A stretch of DNA of 38,173 nucleotides from Candidatus Merdenecus merdavium (GCA_018715425.1 DVLR01000139.1:1-38173); one strand, 5' to 3'; positions 8,389-15,665 are shown, numbered from the stretch's first letter. Notes: generated by a model not told the origin, from the letters alone. Numbers and translations are program-made.

Positions 8389-10402
8389 ACTACCACTTAG
8401 TGAGGAAACAATTGAAGAATTGTGCAATGGTTCAAAACATGTGACGTATGAAATCCCTATTTACCAGAGAAATTATGCATGGGAAAAAGATGAGATTTCC
8501 GCTTTGGTTCATGATGTATATGATGCTTTTTGCAAGAATGGACAGGCAAAGTATTATATTGGAACTTTAGTATCATATAAAAGAGATGATGATATCTATG
8601 AGGTGATTGATGGACAGCAACGACTCACAACAATAAACATCTTAATGCATGTTTTTGGCCAAAATGTAAAGAATAAGCTGACATATCGTGCAAGAAAGAA
8701 ATCTAATAAGACACTTCAAGGGATGGATAACTTTGATAGACTCGAAGAAAAAGATCAAGGAATTGTGAAAGGGCATGGTTTTGCAAAAGCAGCAATAGAA
8801 GAACTTAACTTCAACAACAGTACCAGAATTACGGAGGAGAATTTTATTCGCTTTTTCAAAGAAAAAGTATGCATTATCCATTATAAAGTGCCAAGGGATA
8901 TTGATCTGAATCATTACTTTGAAATTATGAATTCAAGAGGAGAGCAACTCGAAAAACATGAAATAGTGAAGGCTCGTCTTATAAGCGAATTTACAGAAGA
9001 AGAAGAGAAGATATCAATACGCAAATTCAATTACATCTGGGAATCCTGTAGCATGATGAATGTGTATGTTCAGCAGAAATGCAAGAATAAAGCTGTGTTT
9101 GGAACAGACTACAGCAGTTTTATCATTTATGACTTCGATGATATAGAAATGGATGAAGAAGAGCGAGAAGACGGTGAGATATCCATCGAAAAACTACTGG
9201 AAGAAGATTCTCCAGAAGGGGTTCGTGATCAGGATGATATAGCAGATACCTTTCAACCGATTATCGATTTTCCAAACTTTCTACTAATTGTGCTTAAAAT
9301 TACAAGGACCATGGAAGAAAAGAAATTTGTTCCAACAGAATTCAATCTAGACGATAAGGAATTGATTAATGAGTTTGATAAGCTGGACAATAGTTTGGTT
9401 AAGACATTTGCATTTAATCTAATAAAGGCAAAATATTTTTTGGACAATTATATCGTGCATCATTCTAATGAGGATGATGTTGAGGGGAATAATCCGTGGT
9501 TGCTGGAAAAATGGAAAAAAGAAGGAAAGAATGGATATAACAAGAACCTCGTAGAAGGGAATAAGAACATACAAGATAAACTGGTTCAGCTGCTTTCTAT
9601 GTTTGAAGTTTCTTTTACAGCTAGACAACGAAAAAACTATCTCTTTTATTGTTTATTATTTCTCTTCAAACAAGATAGATTTGATGCCAATGAATATTGT
9701 GCATTTGTTGAAAAGTTAGCGCAGAAGTATATGTATGATGTATATCTGGATTCAGGTGCGCTAAATGATAGGAATATACCAAAACCTGGTAGCTTCGATG
9801 AAGCGATTCTAATGAATGGTGAGCTTCAAGTGGAATGCAGTAAAAAAACAAGTACATTTTCAGAGGTCTATGGAGAGGGAACGAGTGTAAGTAATGGAAT
9901 TCCATTATTCGTATTTAATTATATGGATTATAAGATCTGGAAGAAATACGCAGAGGAGTTACGTGGTGAAAAAGTAAAAGAAGGATCTGCAGAACGTAAA
10001 ATATTCTTTGCGCATCTTGGATGTAGCGACTTCGGATTAGATGCCTTTAGAGCATTCTATTTTTCCAGAACCAGAAGAAGTTTGGAACATTATTATCCGC
10101 AAGCCAATGTAGGATTAAGTCATGATAGATTAGATGTTGCAAAGATTAATTGCTTTGGCAACTTTGCAATGATTGGCAGCGAGGCCAATAGTGCTGGATC
10201 TAATTGGAGTCCGATTGTAAAAGTCGGACGTTATCTGGATACTTCACGGAAGATTGCACCTATAAGTGTTGCATCACTTAAATTCATGGTGATGATGCAG
10301 ATGTGCAAGGATAATGAGAACATTAGAGATTCTGGAGAGGAGTGGAAATTTGAAGATATAAAGAAACACCAAGAGAAGATGGTTGCGCTGTTAATGGAGT
10401 AA
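8381..10402 (+). CDS. GmrSD-like protein (DUF262 + DUF1524 His-Me finger nuclease domain), putative type IV restriction enzyme
   Basis: 673 aa counted from the ATG at 8381, with an SD GGAAGGGAG 10 nt upstream. It overlaps the upstream stop by 8 nt (ATGAGTAA). N-terminal motifs are IPIYQRNYAW, VIDGQQRLTTINIL and IMNSRGEQLEKHEIVKARL. The C-terminal segment SLEHYYPQ....NCFGNFAMIGSEANSAGSNW is typical of DUF1524. Confidence 0.85.
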   Translation: MSKLPLSEETIEELCNGSKHVTYEIPIYQRNYAWEKDEISALVHDVYDAFCKNGQAKYYIGTLVSYKRDDDIYEVIDGQQRLTTINILMHVFGQNVKNKLTYRARKKSNKTLQGMDNFDRLEEKDQGIVKGHGFAKAAIEELNFNNSTRITEENFIRFFKEKVCIIHYKVPRDIDLNHYFEIMNSRGEQLEKHEIVKARLISEFTEEEEKISIRKFNYIWESCSMMNVYVQQKCKNKAVFGTDYSSFIIYDFDDIEMDEEEREDGEISIEKLLEEDSPEGVRDQDDIADTFQPIIDFPNFLLIVLKITRTMEEKKFVPTEFNLDDKELINEFDKLDNSLVKTFAFNLIKAKYFLDNYIVHHSNEDDVEGNNPWLLEKWKKEGKNGYNKNLVEGNKNIQDKLVQLLSMFEVSFTARQRKNYLFYCLLFLFKQDRFDANEYCAFVEKLAQKYMYDVYLDSGALNDRNIPKPGSFDEAILMNGELQVECSKKTSTFSEVYGEGTSVSNGIPLFVFNYMDYKIWKKYAEELRGEKVKEGSAERKIFFAHLGCSDFGLDAFRAFYFSRTRRSLEHYYPQANVGLSHDRLDVAKINCFGNFAMIGSEANSAGSNWSPIVKVGRYLDTSRKIAPISVASLKFMVMMQMCKDNENIRDSGEEWKFEDIKKHQEKMVALLME

Positions 10403-10419
10403 ACAGTATCTCAACATTC

Positions 10420-10632
10420 TTATTTCTTTTCAGTAAAACGAAATATAGGGGCTTTGGTGTTTAAAGGTAATCCATAACGTCCTCTTGGTAAAAGACATGC
10501 ATGTTTATGTGTAATTGTTATTTTTTCTTCGATATCCTCATCTGTGATGATGAGAATTGGACCATCTTTGGGAAAGTCTGATGGATTTTCAAGTAAATTG
10601 ATAATAGGTTGGAGGATTGTTTTTTGAAGCAA
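10420..10632 (-). pseudogene. Startless C-terminal gene fragment (family uncertain; ..GPILIITDEDI.. is reminiscent of VWA/DUF2201-type tails)
   Basis: The open frame is only about 74 codons long and is bounded by a stop 3 codons upstream. Only a TTG is available as a start and there is no SD. It abuts the LysR fragment. Confidence 0.3.
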
Positions 10633-10811
10633 GACCCCATGTATTTATCAGCTCTACTCATCCATTGGAAGAGAATATTATTGCAAGGCCACTTGAAGTG
10701 GATGAAATAATGGAAATAGGAGTGACTACACAAAAACAGATGCCACTTACTGCATATGCCAGAAGATACATAGAGTCATTAAAAATATATGTAACTGAAT
10801 ATAATAAGTGA
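10617..10811 (+). pseudogene. C-terminal fragment of a LysR-type transcriptional regulator
   Basis: 64 codons: ..IIARPLEVDEIMEIGVTTQKQMPLTAYARRYIESLK.. This resembles the end of LysR substrate-binding domains. The N-terminal HTH and most of the effector domain are missing. Confidence 0.4.
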
Positions 10812-10815
10812 ATGA

Positions 10816-10866
10816 AATTATCAGTCGGATATAATAAAAAACTATAACCAACTGATAATTTTTTGT
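10816..10866 (+). terminator. Inverted repeat plus T-run after the LysR fragment
   Basis: AATTATCAGT / ACTGATAATT form a 10-bp stem with a 25-nt loop, followed by TTTTTTG. Confidence 0.4.
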
Positions 10867-10967
10867 ATTTTACCGATGCGAAAATAGTTTGTATAATAAA
10901 GAGGAACAGATGAACAAAGTGGCAGAAGACTATGTGGATGTAGTGACAGATGAGGAGATTTAGAACT

Positions 10968-12095
10968 ATGAAAAAACAAAACGCACCATTCAAATTTGAT
11001 GTAGTAGGAAGCTTTCTTCGACCAAATGAATTAAAGAAAGCAAGAGCAGATTATGATGCTGGAACAATCAGTGCAGAGCAGTTGACTGAGGTAGAGAATA
11101 AGTGTATTACAGAACTCATTGAAAAACAAAAAAAAGCTGGGCTTCCAGTAATCACAGATGGTGAATTCAGAAGGAGTTATTGGCATCTTGATTTTATGTG
11201 GGGATTCAATGGAATCGAACATATAGAGCTCGATCATGGATATTTTTTCCATGGAGAAGAAACAACACACGGTTCTATCAGAGTAACAGGCAAAATTAGT
11301 GGAGAGAATCATCCTTTTGTGGAGCACTTTAAATTTGTGAAACAGTTTGAAGATGAAAATACAGTAGCCAGGCAGACTATTCCAGCACCTGCTCAGCTTT
11401 TAGCAGAATTGTTCCGTGAGGATAATGGAAAGGATACTCTTGCAGTATATCCCAATCAGGAAGAATTGATCCAGGATATTGCAAAGGCATATCAAATCGT
11501 AATGAAAGAATTATATGCTGCAGGCTGTAGAAATGTACAGTTTGATGACTGTACCTGGGGCATGTTCTGCGATACAAAATACTGGGCAGCAAGACAGAAG
11601 GAAGGGAATGTATCTGTAGAAGATGAAGCAACGAAATATCTTCGACTTAACAACCTTGCTATAGAAGGGAAGCCAGAAGACATGGTTATTAATACACATG
11701 TGTGCCGTGGTAATTACCACTCGACATGGGCAGCGTCAGGCGGATATGCACCAATTGCTCCGTTTTTGTTTGCTGAGGAGCATGTGAATGCTTATTATCT
11801 GGAATTTGATGATGAACGTTCAGGTAACTTTGAACCATTAAAATATGTATCAGAAAATAAGAAAGTAGTGCTTGGACTGATTACAACCAAATCACCGGTG
11901 CTTGAGGATAAAGAAACAGTAATTGCAAGAATTCATGAAGCTGAGAAATTTATTCCATTAAACAGATTATGTTTAAGTCCCCAGTGTGGATTTGCATCCT
12001 GTGAAATTGGTAATAAACTTACAGAAGAGGAACAGTGGGCGAAGCTTGCATTGGTAAAAGAAATATCAGAAGAAGTATGGGGCATTAACGCTTAA
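10968..12095 (+). CDS. Cobalamin-independent methionine synthase family protein (MetE C-terminal-like, YxjG/YxjH type)
   Basis: 375 aa counted from the ATG at 10968 (SD GAGGAG). The N-terminus KFDVVGSFLRP.ELK.AR and the Zn-ligand region ...HVCRGNY...LSPQCGFAS are typical of this family. Confidence 0.85.
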   Translation: MKKQNAPFKFDVVGSFLRPNELKKARADYDAGTISAEQLTEVENKCITELIEKQKKAGLPVITDGEFRRSYWHLDFMWGFNGIEHIELDHGYFFHGEETTHGSIRVTGKISGENHPFVEHFKFVKQFEDENTVARQTIPAPAQLLAELFREDNGKDTLAVYPNQEELIQDIAKAYQIVMKELYAAGCRNVQFDDCTWGMFCDTKYWAARQKEGNVSVEDEATKYLRLNNLAIEGKPEDMVINTHVCRGNYHSTWAASGGYAPIAPFLFAEEHVNAYYLEFDDERSGNFEPLKYVSENKKVVLGLITTKSPVLEDKETVIARIHEAEKFIPLNRLCLSPQCGFASCEIGNKLTEEEQWAKLALVKEISEEVWGINA

Positions 12096-12233
12096 GGGTG
12101 ATGTTCATTGAAAGGATATCCCATTGACTTGGTAGAAGAAAAAAACTATAATACAAGAGAAGAATGGTTTGCCTGGATATAGCAATGTATTCGGGCAATT
12201 TTTTGATAGATTATACTGAAGGAGGCTGACAGA

Positions 12234-12779
12234 ATGACTAGAGAAGAGGCATGGAGTTTATTAAAGGAATATAATCAGGATGAATTTCACCTGCAGCATG
12301 GCCAAATCGTAGAGAAGACAATGATGTATTTTGCAGAAAAACTTGGATATGAGGAGGAAAAAGAATTTTGGGGAATTGTAGGATTACTCCACGATCTTGA
12401 TTTTGAAAAATATCCCAATCAGCATTGCATCAAAGAACAGGAAATCATGCGTGAAAGAGGAATTGATGAAAGAATCATTCACGCAACAGCGAGTCATGGA
12501 TACGCACTTACGGTAGATATCAAACCCGAGCATGAGATGGAAAAGGTGCTGTATGCAGTAGATGAACTAACTGGATTGATCGGTGCAGTTGTTCTGATGA
12601 GACCATCGAAAAGTGTACAGGATTTAGAGCTAAAATCTGTTAAGAAAAAATATAAGGCAAAAGGCTTTGCAGCTGGATGCGACAGGGAAGTAATCAAGCG
12701 CGGTGCTGATATGTTGGGGTGGTCGTTGGATGAATTGATTGTGCAGACAATTGATGCACTCAAGACATTTCAGGATTGA
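12234..12779 (+). CDS. HD-domain metal-dependent phosphohydrolase
   Basis: 181 aa with an SD GAAGGAGG and the HD signature GLLHDLDFEKYP. Confidence 0.8.
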   Translation: MTREEAWSLLKEYNQDEFHLQHGQIVEKTMMYFAEKLGYEEEKEFWGIVGLLHDLDFEKYPNQHCIKEQEIMRERGIDERIIHATASHGYALTVDIKPEHEMEKVLYAVDELTGLIGAVVLMRPSKSVQDLELKSVKKKYKAKGFAAGCDREVIKRGADMLGWSLDELIVQTIDALKTFQD

Positions 12780-12934
12780 TAGGAATAAAGATGTTCATCT
12801 CTACTATCCACTACTATCACTATCAGAGGTAGATTTTCCTGTTTACATTTTGGACAGTAGAGAGGGTAATTCATCAAAATGGTATCCTCTCTAATTTTAT
12901 CACGGATTTTATTTCCGCAAATAGGCCATAGTAT
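12770..12934 (-). pseudogene. Cysteine-rich KTR-domain gene remnant (mobile-element associated small protein)
   Basis: The minus strand reads ILWPICGNKIRDKIREDTILMNYPLYCPKCKQENL.. This matches the Cys_rich_KTR signature (CPxCGNKTR.KIREDT.L.NFPLYCPKCKQE). There is no start codon: a TAA lies 2 codons before the W. The first Cys of CPxC is replaced by W. It overlaps the HD gene 3' end by 10 nt. Confidence 0.6.
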
Positions 12935-13400
12935 TTATTTGGTTTTTATTTCGCTCCATTGTCTTGATAGATGCAATACTATCTTTCTCAACAGACAACT
13001 ATTTCTATGGTTTTTTCAAAAAATTCAAGTTATCCACTTTTATCCTTTCTTTTCTCATTTTTCAAGAAAGTTATCAACACTATAGGAGTCTGTTTCTCCC
13101 CGAATATTAATTTTGTGGATATTTTTTTCTGTCTTTTCTATCCCCTTTTTTCAATTTCCTGTACAAATACAGCTGCCGAAAGATATCTACTATCCAGGTA
13201 ATGGTTTTTATAGGTAGAGACATTGGATTGGAATAATAAACCTTCTCTCCACCAGCTTATCTCTTGAAATTTTTTTGCCAGTGTAAAGGTGTTGTCAAAT
13301 CTCAAAATGAAACCTTTGCTGGCTTCATTAGCGAAGCCGATGAAGCAATCTCCATTATGCGTATTGAATCCTCTCCATTTTATAGTAAAATAATCGAAAT
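12935..13400 (-). mobile_element. Non-coding debris, possibly frameshifted fragments of a Tn916-ORF7-like sigma/HTH gene
   Basis: Minus-strand frames give ..GFILRFDNTFTLAKKFQEIS.., ..KLVERRFIIPIQCLYL.. and ..YLSAAVFVQEIEKRG.. These resemble region-4 sigma-like proteins of Firmicutes conjugative elements but are broken across frames. The similarity is weak and recalled from memory. Confidence 0.3.
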
Positions 13401-13603
13401 ATTGAAAGACTAAAAAATAGAATTGCTTATGAAGGTATTACTAGATTCTTTCGTTTGGAAAATGAAAAAGTGAGGAATAAAATTTAAAAAAACGTATAAA
13501 AAATACTAAAACAGAGAAAAATATTGAAGAAATCATTGTTTTATGGTACCATTATAGTCATAATATGTAGTACAGGATGATAGATATAAGGAGAAGAATA
13601 AAG

Positions 13604-14998
13604 ATGAAAAGGCCTATTGTTCGTTTGTCATCATTACAATTGACGAATATAAAAAATGTAAAAAAAGGTATTATATATATGCCAAATACTACAAATAAAA
13701 TTTTATTAGCCGATAAAGCAGAAGTGCTGGGTATTTATGGACAAAATGGCTCAGGAAAAACTGCCATTGTTGATGCATTGTATTTTTTACAAAAAGTAAT
13801 GGTAGGAGCTAATCTTGATCATTCAATGGAAGATTACATTGATATGGATTCTAATAAGGCTGAAATTATGGCAGATTTCAATATTTTTATTGAAAACATA
13901 GTGTTTGAAGTTGGTTATAGACTTTATCTAAGCAGAGAAGAAAAAGAGGTTTTTATTAGTCGAGAAGTATTGAGTGTTGCAAAAAATGAAAATGGAAGTA
14001 GAACAAATAAGACAGCTTTTATGGACTATCAGAGAAAGTTAAAAGATTCTATTTTCAAACCAAAGAATAGGCTTGATGAAGTTGTTGAAGCGAATAAAGA
14101 AATAAAAACTGACTTGATTGTAGCACGTAAAATAGCTGAAAAAAGTAATTGTTCGTATATTTTTGGTGAAAGCAGTCGGGAAATTTTTTGTAGAGAATAT
14201 ACAAATGGTTTTAAACAATATTCCTTTATCATTTCTTCTTTGTTTGAATTTGCATTGAAAGACTTATTTGTAATCCGTAATACGCATTCAGGAGTAATTT
14301 CAGCCAATTTTGTCTTGCCTATGGCCTTTCGAATTGAAAATGATAGCGTTGGAGCCAAAGGAGATTTCACAGTGCCTTTGACAGAACCAATACTGGTTGA
14401 TGAAGAAAGAAAAAATATTCTGGAGACAATTGTAGAACAGATTAATATAGTCTTATATACAATTATTCCTGGTATTCAGGTAACTATTAAAAATTATGGA
14501 AAACAGTCATTGAACCATGGAGAACAGGGCTGGAGACTGGAATTAATGTCAAAGAGAGAGGGAATGAAAGAGATTCCAATCAGAATGGAGTCAGAGGGAA
14601 TTATCAAAATTATTTCCATTCTTAATGCACTAATACAGGCATTTGGGAATCCTTCAATTTGTCTAGTAATTGATGAACTTGATGCAGGAGTTTTTGAATA
14701 TATGTTGGGAGAATTGTTGGATATTTTCAAAAAAAGTGCAAAAGGACAATTGATTTTTACTTCCCATAATCTTCGTGCACTTGAAATGCTTGATAAGGAA
14801 AGTATTATGTTTTCCACTACGAACCCTAATAATCGTTATATTCATATGAAGAGTGTAAGAGAAAGTAATAATCTTCGCAATATGTATATTCGAAGCATTA
14901 CGCTTGGTGGTCAATCAGAAGAAATTTATGAAGAAACAGATAGTTTGAAGATTGCCAGAGCATTTAGAAAAGCGGGGCGAGGTGTTCGCAATGAGTAA
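13604..14998 (+). CDS. ABC-type ATPase (AAA_21/AAA_15-like; AbiLi/AriA-like)
   Basis: 464 aa counted from the ATG at 13604 (SD AAGGAG 10 nt upstream). Motifs are Walker A GIYGQNGSGKTAIVDAL, signature-like MESEGIIKI, Walker B CLVIDELDAGV and H-loop LIFTSHN. A long insertion lies between Walker A and the signature. Confidence 0.85.
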   Translation: MKRPIVRLSSLQLTNIKNVKKGIIYMPNTTNKILLADKAEVLGIYGQNGSGKTAIVDALYFLQKVMVGANLDHSMEDYIDMDSNKAEIMADFNIFIENIVFEVGYRLYLSREEKEVFISREVLSVAKNENGSRTNKTAFMDYQRKLKDSIFKPKNRLDEVVEANKEIKTDLIVARKIAEKSNCSYIFGESSREIFCREYTNGFKQYSFIISSLFEFALKDLFVIRNTHSGVISANFVLPMAFRIENDSVGAKGDFTVPLTEPILVDEERKNILETIVEQINIVLYTIIPGIQVTIKNYGKQSLNHGEQGWRLELMSKREGMKEIPIRMESEGIIKIISILNALIQAFGNPSICLVIDELDAGVFEYMLGELLDIFKKSAKGQLIFTSHNLRALEMLDKESIMFSTTNPNNRYIHMKSVRESNNLRNMYIRSITLGGQSEEIYEETDSLKIARAFRKAGRGVRNE

Positions 14999-15287
14999 GA
15001 AAAAAGTAATTGCAGTCATTGTAGAGGGACCTAGTGATGAGGCTGCATTGGGACCAATTTTGAAAGAGTACTTTTCGAGTGAAGAGATTCAGTTTGTAGT
15101 AGTTCATGGAGACATAACAACGAAAGATTATACTTCTGTAGATAATATACTTTCAAAGATCAATCATTTAATTGAATCAGTAAAACAAAAATACGGTTAT
15201 AATATAGATGATTTTATGAAAATTATACACATTACTGATATGGATGGCGTTTATTGTAATAATGCCATAGTAGAAGGAGATGTGTAA
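14991..15287 (+). CDS. TOPRIM-like (RloB/AbiLii-like) protein, N-terminal segment ending at an in-frame TAA
   Basis: 98 codons. The ATG overlaps the ATPase stop (ATGAGTAA), with an SD GAGGTG 6 nt upstream. It has the TOPRIM acidic motifs VIAVIVEGPSDE and IIHITDMDG. Confidence 0.75.
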   Translation: MSKKKVIAVIVEGPSDEAALGPILKEYFSSEEIQFVVVHGDITTKDYTSVDNILSKINHLIESVKQKYGYNIDDFMKIIHITDMDGVYCNNAIVEGDV

Positions 15288-15302
15288 GGAGTTCAGTATT
15301 AT

Positions 15303-15665
15303 TTGGATCGTATAGAAACGAAATATCCAGATTATTTAAATAGAAAACATACACAAAAAGCAAAAAATTTATTCAAATTATATTCTTCTGGAAAAATTAA
15401 GGGTGTCAGCTATAAAATATACTTTAATTCTTGTAATTTGGAGCATGTCCTTTTTAATGAATTGAAGGATTTTACAGATGATGAAAAAGAAGATCTGGCA
15501 GATGATTTTGCAGAAAAGTATGAAGGTAGGGTAGAGGAATTTATTGAATTTATATCCCAAGAAGATTTGATTGCCCCAGGTACTTTTAAACAAACTTGGA
15601 GATTTATTGAAAAGGAAAAACATTCATTAGAAAGATACACAAATATGCATTTGATCTTTAAGTAG
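15303..15665 (+). CDS. RloB-like protein, C-terminal segment (same frame as 14991-15287)
   Basis: 120 codons. The frame resumes 5 codons after the TAA, and only a TTG start is available. An AAGGAG (15286-15291) lies 11 nt upstream. The segment YKIYFNSCNLEHVLFNE resembles the RloB motif SNPCFE.WLLLH. Confidence 0.65.
   Translation: MDRIETKYPDYLNRKHTQKAKNLFKLYSSGKIKGVSYKIYFNSCNLEHVLFNELKDFTDDEKEDLADDFAEKYEGRVEEFIEFISQEDLIAPGTFKQTWRFIEKEKHSLERYTNMHLIFK

Larger units (their letters stand above)
5657..10641. mobile_element. Decayed integrated island at the 3' side of tRNA-Arg (integrase scar to truncated-gene junction)
   Basis: It starts directly after the tRNA. It contains an integrase remnant, an XRE fragment and a startless gene fragment, and ends where a LysR gene has lost its 5' part. 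No flanking direct repeat could be found by eye. Confidence 0.5.

Noticed and set aside
10862-10967. I looked for an S-box/SAM riboswitch or T-box upstream of the metE-like gene.
   Set aside because: The leader is only about 80-100 nt. It lacks the conserved S-box helices and core and any T-box sequence.
12879-13201. Two plus-strand ORFs (68 and 76 aa) in the spacer between the HD gene and the ATPase.
   Set aside because: They are Phe/Leu/Ser-rich low-complexity with no SD. The only recognisable coding signal here (the Cys-rich KTR domain) is on the opposite strand.
8379-14998. An identical 10-mer CAATGAGTAA forms the stop/start overlap in both defence-like operons (8379-8388 and 14989-14998). 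In both cases the upstream protein ends ..NE* and the downstream protein starts MSK.
   Set aside because: It is most likely coincidence. ATGAGTAA is a simple way to overlap ATG with TAA, and no extended similarity was seen around the two junctions.
15285-15287. The idea that the in-frame TAA is read as a sense codon (alternative genetic code).
   Set aside because: TAA terminates many well-supported genes in this window, including parA, serS, the DUF262 genes and the ATPase. Recoding of TAA is therefore not supported.
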